From NCBI GenBank assembly GCA_964016885.1, contig OZ024742.1:217744001-217808000 (forward strand): a stretch of 64,000 nucleotides of DNA, read 5' to 3'. A program made the position numbers and the translations under genes. The notes beneath the pieces are model-generated. The model searched no databases, was not told the origin of the DNA, and saw only the letters and a list, made by a program, of their open reading frames with translations. Below are positions 11,964-29,132 of the stretch, piece after piece (the stretch's first letter is position 1; each line of letters begins with the position of its first letter). Origin of the DNA: Eledone cirrhosa. Taxonomy: Eukaryota.

Positions 11964-14290
11964 TATCATTATCGTCACCGTTTTACGTCCATTCTTCCAC
12001 GGTAGCATGGGCTAGACAAGTTGTCCTTTTGTGGGCAATGCCAGGTCAGGTGACCATGTCTTGCTCATTCAGAACTGATTTTGACTTGATTTCTACAGCT
12101 GAATGCCCTTCCTAACACATATTCTTTGGCTTGTACCTGTGGGAAGTCGGGTCTTCTGTATGACAGCGTAACGCCAGAGGTCTCAGTCATGTGTCATCGC
12201 CTTTGAGAGGTGCAGTTGGGCAAGATCAGCTTTTATCATCTCATCCCAGGTCTTCTTGGGTCTCCCCACTCCAAGGCTTCCATTGACTTTTAGTGCAGCT
12301 GTGATCCTTCATACACATCACATGTCCATACCAACATAATCTCCTCTCCTGCACACAACATTTGATTCCTCTTATGTCTAGTCTCTCTCTCAATTCGTTT
12401 ATACTTTGCCATTCATGTATGTTACTATTACACATCCATCGGAGTGTTCAAGCTTCATTTCTTTCCAATCTACGCAAGTCTTCTGCACACAATGCCCTGG
12501 TCTCACTACTATGCAACATTGCTGTTCGCATGCATGTCTGTCTTTCATTTTGAGGGAAAAGCCTTTTGCAGCTAGCAGTGGTAGTAGCTCCCAGAACTTC
12601 TTCCATCCTGTTCTTACCCTGGCTACTGAACTTTCAGAACACCCACCTCTACTGCTAATTCGGTCACCTAGGTAGCAAAAGCTACCTACTGTTTCTATTG
12701 AGCCCTCCCAGAGTTTGGTAGTGCTTGTTTCCTGCGGTTGTTTGTTGCTTACTGTCCCGGTGCAACTGCTACATGTAAAGCCTACATTCTTAGCTAAACT
12801 TCCTGAGATCCCGCTACATCTCTTGTGTACTCCCATAATTTGCATTTGGGACAGAGGATGGAATTTCTACCTACACCTTTCCTATATACTGAGCAAGGCC
12901 ATTTCCCTGTGGGGATCTGGGTTCTGTTTTCTCGTCTAGTTACGAGGACCTTAGTCTTTGTCAGGTTGACTTTGAGACCCCTTCTTTCCAGGCCCTGCTT
13001 CCATGTTTGGAATTTCTTCTCTAGTTCCACCATAGACAGCTATAATTGTAAGATCAACCGTGTACAGAAGTTTCCATGGGCATCCGGTCTTAAACTCCTC
13101 TGTTAAAGCCTCATTATGATAATAAACAGGAGAGGGCTAAGAACAGAGCTCTGGTGGACATGAACCTGTATGCTAAATTCCTCGCTATAATCATTGTTAA
13201 CCATAACTTTTCTGACTGTTCCCCTATAAATGGCTTGTACAGCTTTCACAAGCCACTCATCTACTCCTAGTTTTCTAAGAGCCTACCAGATTATAGCACG
13301 GGGCACTCTGTCGAAGGCTTTTTCCAGATCGACAAATTCCAGGTAGAGCAGCTTACTTTTAGCTAGGTAATTTTCCTGTAACTGCCTAACAAGGAAGAGA
13401 GCATCAGTGGTGCTTTTGCCTCATCTAGATTTACCCGGTCACTAATCAGCTGTGCCATAACTCTTTCTGTTACTTTCCTAACCTGGTCCATCAGCTTTAT
13501 ACCTCTGTAGTTTCTTCTATATAGTGCACCTCCTTTACCTTTGTAGCAGTTGACAATGATGTTGCTGCGCCAATCATTTGGTATGACGCCCTCTTGTATT
13601 ACTTGGTTAACATTATGTGTGGTTATGGTGTGACCTACCAACCCAGATGCTTTCAGCATCTCGGCAGTTATACCCAATGGACTGGTTGCTTTCCCAGTCT
13701 TCATATCCTTAATTGCCTTACTTTCTACACTGCTGCTGACTTGTATTGTTGGGCCCTCTATGGGGTCCACTTGGGGTAGGGTCTCTTTCTCCCATGCATT
13801 CTCCTCATTTAGTAATCTTTCATAATGGCTCTCCCTATGCAGCTTTCTTCTTGGCACTTCCACGTAGCTTTCTTCTTGGCACTTGAGAGGGCAAGCTCAC
13901 CTTTATCATCCTGGACACACTTCTCACCAATGACATCACAATTTTCTCTAACACACTGCCTCGCAATCCTGAAGACCTCCTGTTTCTGGTCCTCACGTTG
14001 CAAAACATGCTTGAAATTTTTATCCTCTGCTTCATATTCTTGTCGCCTAGATTCCCTCTGGGTCTCTATGTAATGTACCCTGCTTCCCCTGTTCTTCCAT
14101 TGTTTTCATGCCTGTCTCTTGGCCTGAATTGCCTCATCTACCTTATTGTTTCACCACCAAGTCACTCTCCTATTCCCTGTAGTCTTGCTCCAACCACAAA
14201 TCTTGTCAGTCACCTTTGGGAACTCCCAGTGCTCTTCTATATCGAATGTCTCTATCTGTTCTTCTTTATTGTCATAGGCGTCAAGTAAGA
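11964..14290 (-). mobile_element. Decayed RTE-type LINE (RT, PHD-like cluster, tail)
   Basis: Minus-strand fragments NYRGIKLMDQ, GLKVNLTKTK, HKRCSG, FCYLGD, RRLCWYGHV; tail at 11964-12015. Confidence 0.85.
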
Positions 14291-14420
14291 TATCTTTAAA
14301 TCTGTTACTGGTTGAGGGGTCTTTCAGCTTCCATATTTTTACACATATATATGCCTATATATATCTGTATATATATCCATCCACCCATCTATGTAGCCCC
14401 CCCCCCCTCTCTCTCTCTCT

Positions 14421-14477
<57 letters not shown>

Positions 14478-15019
14478 ACAAGAAGTGTAAGTCAACAGGT
14501 TAAAATTAACTTCGTTTATTCATATTCACTGTTATGTATATTTCGATGATAACCATTATTCAACAGCTATGACCTCGCGAGACAGCTAGAACAGAAAAAA
14601 AACAGGAAAACATAATGACGGAACAAAGTTTACATCTGTTTTTTCGATCTTTTGATATGCTCAGTCCTGAAGTATGGTGTTGGCAGCCGATTTCGTTCCA
14701 AGGTGAATAGATGAAGTACCCAGTCAAGGAATCCCATGGAGAGGCCAGTCAAGGCTGAGCTTGTCAGGGCATTTTTCTAGGAGAAGACAACTCAGGAAAC
14801 TGGGATAACTCCGATATAAAACCTGCGGCTCAGTAGTTACCGATGATGTTGATCTTTTCTTCTTTTCGGGTTACAGCTACTGTCGCTCAGAGAGTGGGAT
14901 TGGCTTAGTGCACAGTCTTTCCTCATTTAAAAAATATTCTTCACGTACAGGCATTGCATGGTTGCATTAATTAATCATTATTAATAGTGTTATTGTTATT
15001 GTTATTATTGTTATGACCA

Positions 15020-18000
15020 TGCTGTAAAATGGAGGGGTAGAAAGGGCCCATGAGTCCAGTAAGACATCCTCTCTAGTGCTGGTGGCACGAATAAAAGCAC
15101 CCAGTCCATGCTGTAAAGTGGCACTGGTGTTAGGAAGGGCAACCAACCAGTGTATCAATGCCAAAACAATTATGAGCACATCAACAAATATATATCGCAA
15201 TATCTGCGTAAACAGCAATAACACTAACCATGTTAGGGCTGCGCACGGTTGTGGGGTGGCTGGTGCAGCCATGTGCGGGAACCCCCTGACCGTCTTCAAG
15301 CAATCGCACTACTGGAAAAGGAACAAAAATATGAAGACGTCGTATCTCGGAGTTGCAACACTTAATGTTGGCACTCTCACAGGTAGATCTGGTGAAATAG
15401 CGGAGATGCTGGAGAGAAGGCAGGTGGATGTGTGCTGCATGCAAGAGGTGCCTCTGCGAGACTAATCACAGGAAAAAATCTTAGTTATAAGCTTTTCTGG
15501 GTAGGTAAGGATGATGGGTTAGTGGGAGTAGGAATTTTCCTGGTTGAGAGATGGATCGACAAGACAATAGAGGTAGTTCGAGTTAATAATAGAATAATTA
15601 AGCTTAGATCAGTTGTAGGCAGGAGACTACTGACAATCATCTCTGCCTATGCTCCCCAAGCAGGCCTAGTAAAGAAGAGAAAGACTGCTTTTACGAGCAA
15701 CTTTTACAAACAGCCGCAATGACAGAGGACGGAGACATCGTTTTGCTAGCAGGGGACTTCAATGGTCATATTGGACAGCCCCAGGATGGTTACACTGGGG
15801 TACATGGCTGGCACCGTTACGGCTCAAGAAATGAAGGAGTGAAACTTCTTGAATTTTGTGATGCAAGTACACTAACCATTTGCAACACTAACTTCCAGCA
15901 ACCTGCCAACCACCTAATAACCTACAAATCAGGCAAGCACATAAGCCAGATTGACTTCTTACTAATTAGGCAGCGGGACAGGCAGATGGTGTCAAATACC
16001 AAGGCATACCCTGGGGAAGAATGTACCCACAGCATAGGTTAGTCGTTAGTGATATCTCAGTAAGCGAGAGACAGAATGAGACATACAGGAAGGTGTGGAG
16101 AAGAAAGGTCTGGAAGCTAAAATACCTTTCACTAAAATACAAATTTAGGAAAGCCCTTCAAGATGTATATGACGAAAAAGAAGATGATTCAGAGTCGTAT
16201 GACAGATAATAACTGGAATTTTTTACGTGACAACTTACTGCAGGCTAATGATGAAACTTGTGGCTGGGGCAGAACTCCAACCAGACAGAGAGTGACCTGG
16301 TGGTGGAACACCACGGTAGATAGGGCCATTAGAGACAAAAGACTAGCATGGATAGGCTTGGAAAAAGGGTGGGAGTAGGGAAGGATATACAGCCGCTAAG
16401 AGAAAAGCTAGACGTCAGGTGTACTTAGCACGCAGGGAGGCTGAGAGTAGGAGGTTTGCCAATGTTCTGCGACGGGAAGATCAGAGACATGCGGTGTTCC
16501 ACATTGCAGGGTAGTGTGTCAATGTAAATCAGGATGTTGTTGGAGATAAATGTGTCCGGAATGATGCCGGTGTACTTAGTGTCACGAATGATCAGAAAAA
16601 GGAGGCATGGAAATGTCATTATGAGAGACTGATGAATGTGGAGAACGAATGGGAGAGAGAGAAATTACTCTCAATAGATCCGACAGAGGAACCAGCTATT
16701 GAATATAGGGTCCAAGAGATGATTAAGAAAATGAAAAATGGTAAGGCCGCTGGACCGTCGGGGATAGTTGCTGAGATGCTGAAGGCATCAGGGGACGTAG
16801 GCACTAAACTGGTTGCACACATCATCAATCAGGCTATATATGGCGGTGTCATACCCAAAGACTGGTGCAGCAGTATTCTCATAAATTGCTACAAAGGTAA
16901 AGGGGATGTGCTGGAGAGGAGCAATTATAGGGGTATAAAATTGATGGATCAGGTTATGAAAGCGGCAGAAAGGATATCAGCACAACTAATTAGAGAAAGA
17001 GTCAAATTAGATGAGATGCAGTTTGGTTTTGTGCCTGGGAAAAGTACAACAGATACCCTCTTCTTGGTGAGACAATTACAAGAGAGGTTCTTAGAGAAGA
17101 ATAAGCCACTATACTTAGCTTTTGTTGACCTAGAGAAGGCCTTTGATAGGGTACCCCGATCTGTCATCTGGTGGTCCCTAAGGAAACTAGGTGTTGAGGA
17201 ATGGCTTGTGAGGACAGTGAAAATTTTGTACAGAGGTGCTGTCAGTAAAGCGAGGGTAGGAATTGAGTTTAGTGAGGAGTTCCAGATACAAGTAGGAGTA
17301 CATCAGGGTTCGCTCCTCATCCCGCTCTTGTTCATTATAGTCCTCCAAGCCAGAACAGAGGAGTTTAAGATTGGCTGTCCATGGGAACCTCTCTATGCTG
17401 ACGATCTGCTTCTTATTACAGAATCAGTAGAGGAGCTAGAGAATAAATTCTGGCTATGGAAACAGCAGTTGGAATCCGTCAGAGAAATGACCATATTCGA
17501 TACGCAGAAAAGGAACTGGCATAAATTCTATAAAATGCACACAATGCAGATCCTGGGTACACAAGAGATGTAGTGGGAGAGCAGGCAAACTAACAGGTAG
17601 GGAGAAATATGTATGCAGTAGATGTACAGGGAAATTAGACAGTAGAAGTCGCATTGATAGACACATTTTTCAAATGCAGGTGGGTGGTATAGAAGTGGTT
17701 GATAGCTTCCGGTACCTAGGAGATCAGATTAGCATGGGAGGGGGGGGGTGTTCCGAGGCCATAGTATCTAGAATAAGGACGGGTTGGAAGAAGTTTAGGG
17801 AGCTGCTTCTTCTGCTGACGAAGAAAGGTTTCTCCCTGCGTACGAAAGGCCAGTTATATGATGGCTGTGTGAGGAGCGCGATGCTGCATGGTAGTAAGGC
17901 ATGGGTAGCAACTGCAGAGGATATGCGACGGCTGGAGAGAAATGAGGCAAACTTGCTCCGTTTGATGTGCAGTGTCAATGTGCGTGAATGACCAAGCATG

Positions 18001-18311
18001 GATGTGTTGAGAGAGAAACTGTGTCTGAGAGGGATAGATTGTAGTGTGCAAGAGAAGCGGCTGCAATGGTATGGACATGTGATGCGCATGGAGGATGACT
18101 GATGGGCGAAGAAGTGCCAGGAAATGCCAGTTGAAGGAAGATGTGGTAGAGGTAGACCACGAAAAACATGGGGGGAGGTGGTGAGAACAAACCTCAGATC
18201 ACTGAAGCTCACAGTGGAGATGACGAAGGACCGTGATAAATGGAGAGATGCTGTGCTGAATAGGACCCATCCTACCCTTGCAAGCAGGGAAAGCGGATGT
18301 AAAATGATGAT
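15020..18311 (+). mobile_element. Near full-length decayed RTE-type LINE (APE, RT, PHD-like cluster)
   Basis: VATLNVGTL, VDVCCMQE, AYAPQ, GDFNGH, QIDFLL, DLEKAFDRV, QGS, YADDL, GRPRKTW; multiple stops and frameshifts; ends in atgatgat then (TA)/(GA)n. Confidence 0.9.
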
Positions 18312-18319
18312 ATATATAT

Positions 18320-18388
<69 letters not shown>

Positions 18389-18537
18389 TAGATAGATAAA
18401 TATTCAAATAGATGAAAAAAAGCAGTCGGCTTGAAAGGGAATAAAAAGGGATGGCTGAATGCCTACCACGTGATTTCTTCCTCTTCGAAGATATTCAAAT
18501 GTAGCGGTCACTTAAAAATATCTCTTGTTCAGAGAAC

Positions 18538-18605
18538 ATCCCCTGAAGAGCCTGTATTCTCTCAATTTTCGATACCCTATCCAAGGTGAAACCAATGGCC
18601 GGGAT
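18538..18605 (+). ncRNA. Type I hammerhead motif with mutated cleavage triplet (GCC)
   Basis: ATCCC-CTGAAGA-GCCT...AGGT-GAAA-CCAATGG-CC-GGGAT. Stem I is 5 bp; U16.1 is replaced by C. Confidence 0.65.
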
Positions 18606-18674
18606 ATTTATTATGGTAAAATGGTAACATTTTTTTATCTCGCTTGTTCCACTTTAAATTTATATGTGCGTGTG

Positions 18675-18774
<100 letters not shown>

Positions 18775-19052
18775 CACATGTATATATGTACATAACAACA
18801 GAAAGCCGGACTGGAAATATCCGTTTAAAGTTTTAATGTAGTAAAAAGCAGCATATATATTTCAATGACCAAGTTACATCATCCAACCATGACGCAAGGC
18901 CTTGGCGACACCATCAGCTGTGGATTGTATAATTAGTTAATGAATAAAAAGAATTGCTGGAAACACAAACAGAGAATAGAGAATAGAGAACATACTTGCT
19001 ATACAGATAGATAGATAAATAGATAAATAAAAAGATAGGTAGATAGATAGAT

Positions 19053-19100
<48 letters not shown>

Positions 19101-19505
19101 GAGAGGTATAGAGATTGTTTTAGCAAGAAGCTAACGGCATTCTATAACATATATGCGACTATAACGTCAAGATGGGAAAAGTAGTTAACGAAAGATTTAG
19201 GAAAAATAACTCAAACTCATCTCAAAAGAGAATCAGGATATAAATTCATCCACAGAATTTAGTAAAATCCAGGGAAAAATCTATAGACCTTTAACTCATG
19301 ATAAAATAAAGTTTGAAACACTTATCCTTCAATTTGGAATAACATCAAATGCTCTGTATAGTCTTAAAAGACTATTTCATGAAAACTTTCAGTGGAGATG
19401 GTCACGGTTGGAATTTCATTCATCAGCAGAGCTCAACAGAAACCAGGGATCTCACAGTAATATAATCCGAAAAAGGGAATTCTAAAACTGGATATATATA
19501 TATAT

Positions 19506-20267
<762 letters not shown>

Positions 20268-20369
20268 AGTTATATAGTGAGAGGTATACAAACATATATA
20301 GAACGACAGAGATGTAGATAGATAAGTAGGTAAATAAGTAGGATAGATAGATAGCTATAGGGACTTCTA

Positions 20370-21724
<1,355 letters not shown>

Positions 21725-21894
21725 TGGGTAAATATTTAGATAGATGGAAAGAAGGGTAGATTATTTGCGAAAGTAAACAGGAGCGAGGGAGTGATAAATA
21801 TAAATTACAATACCAGGGGAACTAACTCCACATATTCTAAAAATATCCAGTAGGCGAAATAATTCAGATTTATATATACATATTGATAAATAAT

Positions 21895-22231
21895 TGTTTC
21901 TACTTTTGGCACAAGGCCAGCAAATACCAGTACATTACTGGTACTTTATTTTATCGACCCCGTAAGGATAAAAGGCAAAGTTGACCTCAGCGAGATTTGA
22001 ACTCACAATGGAAAGGGCTGTAACTCTATGTGTCAAACCATGACGCCCGACCCTCTACCGATACTGCAAATCCATTGATAAATAATTGTTTCTACTTTAG
22101 GCACAAGGCCAGCAATTATCCAGTACGTTACTGGTACTTTATTTTATAAGGATGAAAGGCAAAGTTAACCTAGGCGGAATTTGAACTCAGACTGTAAAGG
22201 GACGTATCCAACCCTCTACCGATACTGCCAA
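21895..22231 (-). mobile_element. Two tandem tRNA-derived SINEs
   Basis: Each has B-box (gagttcaaat) and A-box remnants and the shared body. Separated and flanked by ttgataaataat. Confidence 0.85.
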
Positions 22232-22387
22232 TTTGATAAATAATATACAATGATACATTGGGAGATAGACAGATAAAGAGCGAGAGTAAGAGGCAGACAT
22301 ATAGACGGAGATATAGATATGTATAAATTGAAATAGAGATAGAAAGATAAATAAATAGATAGAAAGGTAGATAATAATCGAATGGAA

Positions 22388-22745
22388 GATAATTAAGGAG
22401 AGAAAATTCTAAAGAAATTAATAAAGAGGAGATAGTTCAGATGAAAAAATTCTGAACAATTTAATTAAAGGGGAGATGATGCAAGCCAGAAAATTCTTTT
22501 AAAATGTATTATAGGGGAGATAACTCAGACGAGAGTATTCTAAATATATTATTTAAAGCGGAGGTAATTCAGGAGAAAAAAATCGTTATAGGGGAGTTTA
22601 TACAGCCAAGAATATTCTTAAAAAATTAATTAAAGTGGGGTTTATATGGCAAAAAAACTCAAAAAATTTAATTACAATGGAGACTACTCAGGCGAGAAAT
22701 CTCTGAAAAATATAATCATAAGGGGCGATTATTCAGGTAAGATAA
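22388..22745. repeat. Degenerate ~41-bp minisatellite (~8-9 units)
   Basis: aattaa..ggggagataattcagg.gagaaaattct recurs with ~41-bp period. Confidence 0.6.
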
Positions 22746-23153
22746 TTTACATCCTATAACCATCAAGGTGACCTTGAGGTTTTACATCGTTTAATTACGT
22801 TGATAAAAATATATTTTTTTGCTAGACCACAGTTGTCTCAGTAATTCAATAGAATGATTCATATGAACAAATTAGAAGAGTGAAAATAACACAATACTAA
22901 AATTATGACATCAAAAGAGCAGCATGATGAAATAGAATTCATAAACAACGACCATGATTGGTGTTATTTAAAGTTATTCAAGACAGATTATGTAACATGT
23001 TAAATTGTAGAAAGATCACGTTATAGCGATAAATACTAAAGAATATATTAGGAACAAGATGTAATGAAAAAGTAGTGAACGTTAAAGGAAAAGCAGAAAT
23101 ATCAACAAAATATATGTTCATAAAATATAATGATAAAATGTGAGTTAATGAGA

Positions 23154-26100
23154 GGTCCATGTAATACTGTGGCAGTGAATGTCACAGTGTTAGTTGTCTG
23201 TTAGTCCATGTAATACTGTGACAGTGTATGACACATTGTTAGTTGTCTGATGGTCCATATAATACTATGGCAGTGTATGATATAGTGTTAGGTGTCTGTT
23301 GGTCCATGTAATACTGTGACAGTGTATGACTCAGTGTTGGTTGTCTGTTGGTCCATGTAATACTGTGGTAGTGTATGATACAATGTTAGGTGTCTGTTGG
23401 TCCATGTAATACTGTGGCAGTGTATGATACAATGTTAGTTGTCTGTTGGTCCATGTAATACTGTGGCAGTGTATGATACAGTGTTAGGTGTCTGTTGGGC
23501 CATGTAATACTGTGGCAGTGTATGATACAATGTTAGTTGTCTGTTGGTCCATGTAATACTGTGACAGTGTATGAGACAGTGTTAGCTGTCGGTTGGACCA
23601 TGTAATACTGTGACAGTTTATGACAGTGTTAGTTTTCTGTTAGGCCATGTACTACTGTGACAGTGTATGACACAGTGTTAGTTTTCTGTTAGGCCATGTA
23701 CTACTGTGACAGTGTATGACACAGTGTTAGTTCACTGTTGGACCATGTAATACTGTGACAGTGTATGACACACTGTTAGTTGTCTGTTGGTCCATGTAAT
23801 ACTGTGACAGTGTATGACACAGTGTTAGTTCACTGTTGGACCATGTAATACTGTGACAGTGTATGACACACTGTTAGTTGTCTGTTGGTCCATGTAATAC
23901 TGTGACAGTGTATGACACAGTGTTAGTTGTCTGTTGGTCCATGTAATACTGTGACAGTGTATGACACACTGTTAGTTGTCTGTTGGTCCATGTAATACTG
24001 TGACAGTGTATGACACAGTGTTAGTTGTCTGTTGGTCCATGTAATACTGTGACAGTGTATGACACACTGTTAGTTGTCTGTTGGTCCATGTAATACTGTG
24101 ACAGTGTATGACACACTGTTAGTTGTCTGTTGGTCCATGTAATACTGTGGCAGTGTATGAGACAGTGTTAGTTGTCTGTTGGGCCATGTAATACTGTGAC
24201 AGTGTATGAGACAGTGTTGTCTGTTGGTCCATATAATACTGTGGCAGTGTATGACACAGTATTAGTTGTCTGTTGGTCCATGGAATACTGTGACAGTGTA
24301 TGACACAGTGTTAGTTGTCTGTTGGTCGATCTAATACTATGGCAGTGTATGATACAGTGTTAGGTGTCTGTTGGTCCATGTAATACTGTGACAGTGTATG
24401 ACACAGTATTAGTTGTCTGTTGGTTCATGTAATACTGTGACAGTGTATGACACAGTGTTAGGTGTCTGTTGCTCCATGTAATACTGTGACAGTGTATGAC
24501 ACAGTGTTAGTTGTCTGTTGGTCCATGTAATACTGTGGCAGTGTATGACTCAGTGTTGGTCGTCTGTTGGTCGATGTAATACTATGACAGTGTATGACAG
24601 TGTTAGTTGTCTGTTGGTCGATGTAATACTATGGCAGTGTATGATACAGTGTTAGGTGTCTGTTGGTCCATGTAATACTGTGACAGTGTATGACACAGTG
24701 TTGGTTGTCTGTTGGTCGATGTAATACTGTGACAGTGTATGACAGTGTTAGTTGTCTGTTGGTCGATGTAATACTATGGCAGTGTATGATACAGTGTTAG
24801 GTGTCTGTTGGTCCATATAATACTGTGGCAGTGTATGACAGTGTTAGTTGTCTGTTGGCCGATGTAATACTGTGGCAGTGTATGATACAGTGTTAGGAGT
24901 CTTTTGGTCCATGTAATACTGTGACAGTGTATGACACAGTGTTGGTTGTCTGTTGGTTCATGTAGTACTGTGACAGTGTATGAGACAGTGTTAGTTGTCT
25001 GTTGGTCCATGTAATACTGTGACAGTGTATGACAGTGTTAGTTGTCTGTTGGTCGATGTAATACTATGGTAGTGTATGATACAATGTTAGTTGTCTGTTG
25101 GGCCATGTAATACTGTGGCAGTGTATGAGACAGTGTTAGTTGTCTGTTGGGACATGTAATACTGTGGCAGTGTATGACACAGTGTTAGCTGTCTGTTGGT
25201 CCATGTAATACTGTGACAGTGTATGACACAGTGTTAGTTGTCTGTTAGGCCATGTAATACTGTGACAGTGTATGACACAGTGTTAGTTCACTGTTGGACC
25301 ATGAAATACTGTGGCAGTGTATGACACAGTGTTAGCTGTCTGTTGGTCCATGTAATACTGTGACAGTGTATGACACAGTGTTAGTTGTCTGTTGGGCCAT
25401 GTAATACTGTGGCAGTGTATGACACAGTGTTAGTTCACTGTTGGACCATGTAATACTGTGGCAGTGTATGGCACAGTGTTAGTTGTCTGTTGGTCCATGT
25501 AATACTGTGGCACTGTATGACACAGTGTTAGTTGTCTGTTGGGCCATGTAATACTGTGACAGTGTATGACACAGTGTTAGTTCACTGTTGGACCATGTAA
25601 TACTGTGGCAGTGTATGGCACAGTGTTAGTTGTCTGTTGGGCCATGTAATACTGTGACAGTGTATGACACAGTGTTAGTTGTCTGTTGGGCCATGTAATA
25701 CTGTGACAGTGTATGACACAGTGTTAGTTCACTGTTGGACCATGTAATACTGTGGCAGTGTATGATACAGTGTTAGTTGTCTGTTAGTCCATGTAATACT
25801 GTGGCAGTGTATGACACAGTGTTAGTTGTCTGTTGGTCCATGTAATACTGTGGCAGTGTATGACACAGTGTTAGCTGTCTGTTGGTCCATGTAATACTGT
25901 GACAGTGTATGACACACTGTTAGTTGTCTGTTGGGCCATGTAATACTGTGACAGTGTATGACACAGTGTTAGTTCACTGTTGGACCATGTAATACTGTGG
26001 CAGTGTATGACACAGTGTTAGTTGTCTGTTGGTCCATGTAATACTGTGGCACTGTATGACACAGTGTTAGTTGTCTGTTGGTCCATGTAATACTGTGACA

Positions 26101-28870
26101 GTGTATGACACAGTGTTAGTTGTCTGTTGGGCCATGTAATACTGTGACAGTGTATGGCACAGTATTAGTTGTCTGTTGGGCCATGTAATACTGTGACAGT
26201 GTATGGCACAGTGTTAGTTGTCTGTTGGGCCATGTAATACTGTGACAGTGTATGACACAGTGTTAGTTGTCTGTTGGGCCATGTAATACTGTGACAGTGT
26301 ATGGCACAGTGTTAGTTGTCTGTTGGGCCATGTAATACTGTGACAGTGTATGGCACAGTGTTAGTTGTCTGTTGGGCCATGTAATACTGTGGCAGTGTAT
26401 GACACAGTGTTAGTTGTCTGTTGGGCCATGTAATACTGTGACAGTGTATGACACAGTGTTAGTTGTCTGTTGGGCCATGTAATACTGTGACAGTGTATGA
26501 CACAGTGTTAGTTGTCTGTTGGACCATGTAATACTGTGACAGTGTATGACACAGTGTTAGTTGTCTGTTGGACCATGTAATACTGTGGCAGTGTATGACA
26601 CAGTGTTAGTTGTCTGTTGGGCCATGTAATACTGTGACAGTGTATGGCACAGTGTTAGGTGTCTGTTGGTCCATGTAATACTGTGGCAGTGTATGACACA
26701 GTGTTAGTTCACTGTTGGACCATGTAATACTGTGGCAGTGTATGACACAGTGTTAGGTGTCTGTTGGTCCATGTAATACTGTGGCAGTGTATGACACAGT
26801 GTTAGTTGTCTGTTGGACCATGTAATACTGTGGCAGTGTATGACACAGTGTTAGGTGTCTGTTGGTCCATGTAATACTGTGGCAGTGTATGACACAGTGT
26901 TAGTTGTCTGTTGGGCCATGTAATACTGTGACAGTGTATGACACAGTGTTAGTTGTCTGTTGGTCCATGTAATACTATGACAGTGTATGACACAGTGTTA
27001 GTTGTCTGTTGGTCCATGTAATACTGTGACAGTGTATGACACAGTGTTAGTTGTCTCTTGGGCCATGTAATACTGTGACAGTGTATGGCACAGTGTTAGT
27101 TGTCTGTTGGGCCATGTAATACTGTGACAGTGTATGACACAGTGTTAGTTGTCTGTTGGTCCATGTAATACTGTGACAGTGTATGACACAGTGTTAGTTG
27201 TCTGTTGGTCCATGTAATACTATGACAGTGTATGACACAGTGTTAGTTGTCTGTTGGTCCATGTAATACTGTGACAGTGTATGACACAGTGTTAGTTGTC
27301 TGTTGGGCCATGTAATACTGTGACAGTGTATGGCACAGTGTTAGTTGTCTGTTGGGCCATGTAATACTGTGACAGTGTATGACACAGTGTTAGTTGTCTG
27401 TTGGTCCATGTAATACTGTGACAGTGTATGACACAGTGTTAGTTGTCTGTTGGTCCATGTAATACTGTGACAGTGTATGACACAGTGTTAGTTGTCTGTT
27501 GGTCCATGTAATACTGTGGCAGTGTATGACACAGTGTTAGTTGTCTGTTGGGCCATGTAATACTGTGACAGTGTATGACACAGTGTTAGTTGTCTGTTGG
27601 TCCATGTAATACTATGACAGTGTATGACACAGTGTTAGTTGTCTGTTGGTCCATGTAATACTATGACAGTGTATGACACAGTGTTAGTTGTCTGTTGGTC
27701 CATGTAATACTATGACAGTGTATGACACAGTGTTAGTTGTCTGTTGGTCCATGTAATACTATGACAGTGTATGGCACAGTGTTAGTTGTCTGTTGGGCCA
27801 TGTAATACTGTGACAGTGTATGACACAGTGTTAGTTTTCTGTTGGACCATGTAATACTGTGGCAGTGTATGACACAGTGTTAGTTGTCTGTTGGTCCATG
27901 TAATACTATGACAGTGTATGACACAGTGTTAGTTGTCTGTTGGTCCATGTAATACTATGACAGTGTATTCACAGTGTTAGTTGTCTGTTGGTCCATGTAA
28001 TACTATGACAGTGTATGACACAGTGTTAGTTGTCTGTTGGTCCATGTAATACTATGACAGTGTATGACACAGTGTTAGTTGTCTGTTGGACCATGTAATA
28101 CTGTGGCAGTGTATGACACAGTGTTAGTTGTCTGTTGGTCCATGTAATACTATGACAGTGTATGACACAGTGTTAGTTGTCTGTTGGTCCATGTAATACT
28201 ATGACAGTGTATGACACAGTGTTAGTTGTCTGTTGGTCCATGTAATACTATGACAGTGTATGACACAGTGTTAGTTGTCTGTTGGTCCATGTAATACTAT
28301 GACAGTGTATGACACAGTGTTAGTTGTCTGTTGGTCCATGTAATACTATGACAGTGTATGACACAGTGTTAGTTGTCTGTTGGGCCATGTAATACTGTGA
28401 CAGTGTATGACACAGTGTTAGTTGTCTGTTGGTCCATGTAATACTGTGACAGTGTATGGCACAGTGTTAGTTGTCTGTTGGGCCATGTAATACTATGACA
28501 GTGTATGACACAGTGTTAGTTGTCTGTTGGGCCATGTAATACTATGACAGTGTATGGCACAGTGTTAGTTGTCTGTTGGGCCATGTAATACTGTGACAGT
28601 GTATGACACAGTGTTAGTTGTCTGTTGGACCATGTAATACTGTGGCAGTGTATGGCACAGTGTTAGTTATCTGTTGGGCCATGTAATACTGTGACAGTGT
28701 ATGGCACAGTGTTAGTTGTCTGTTGGGCCATGTAATACTGTGACAGTGTATGACACAGTGTTAGTTGTCTGTTGGTCCATGTAATACTATGACAGTGTAT
28801 GACACAGTGTTAGTTGTCTGTTGGTCCATGTAATACTATGACAGTGTATGACACAGTGGTAGTTCACTGT
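23154..28870. repeat. Satellite array, 49-bp monomer, ~116 copies
   Basis: Consensus CCATGTAATACTGTGACAGTGTATGACACAGTGTTAGTTGTCTGTTGGT; period checked at 23939 and 23988. Confidence 0.97.
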
Positions 28871-29132
28871 AGATTCATTTATTTAGGAAATTGAAATCAT
28901 TTAAAGTTTAAAATTTCCATTCTGTCTGCCGGGGCTGTAGGTGGGCCCCATCGTTACCAATACATTAGTTAAATACCATTCTTTCATTTGTTACGGATAT
29001 GTTTTTTTTTGTGTAGTAGTTTTAATTTCACACTTGTGCACCCCTTTACCTTTTACTAAACGAAGTGATTTCTTGTCGACCCCATAAGGATGAAAGGCAA
29101 AGTTAACCTCGGCGAGATTTGAACTCAGAATG

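Noticed and set aside
14525-14572. Hammerhead-like motif on the minus strand
   Set aside because: The core reads TGAATAA and fits neither C3-G8 nor U3-A8.
23154-28870. CRISPR-like array
   Set aside because: Monomers abut with no unique spacers, there are no cas genes, and the context is eukaryotic.
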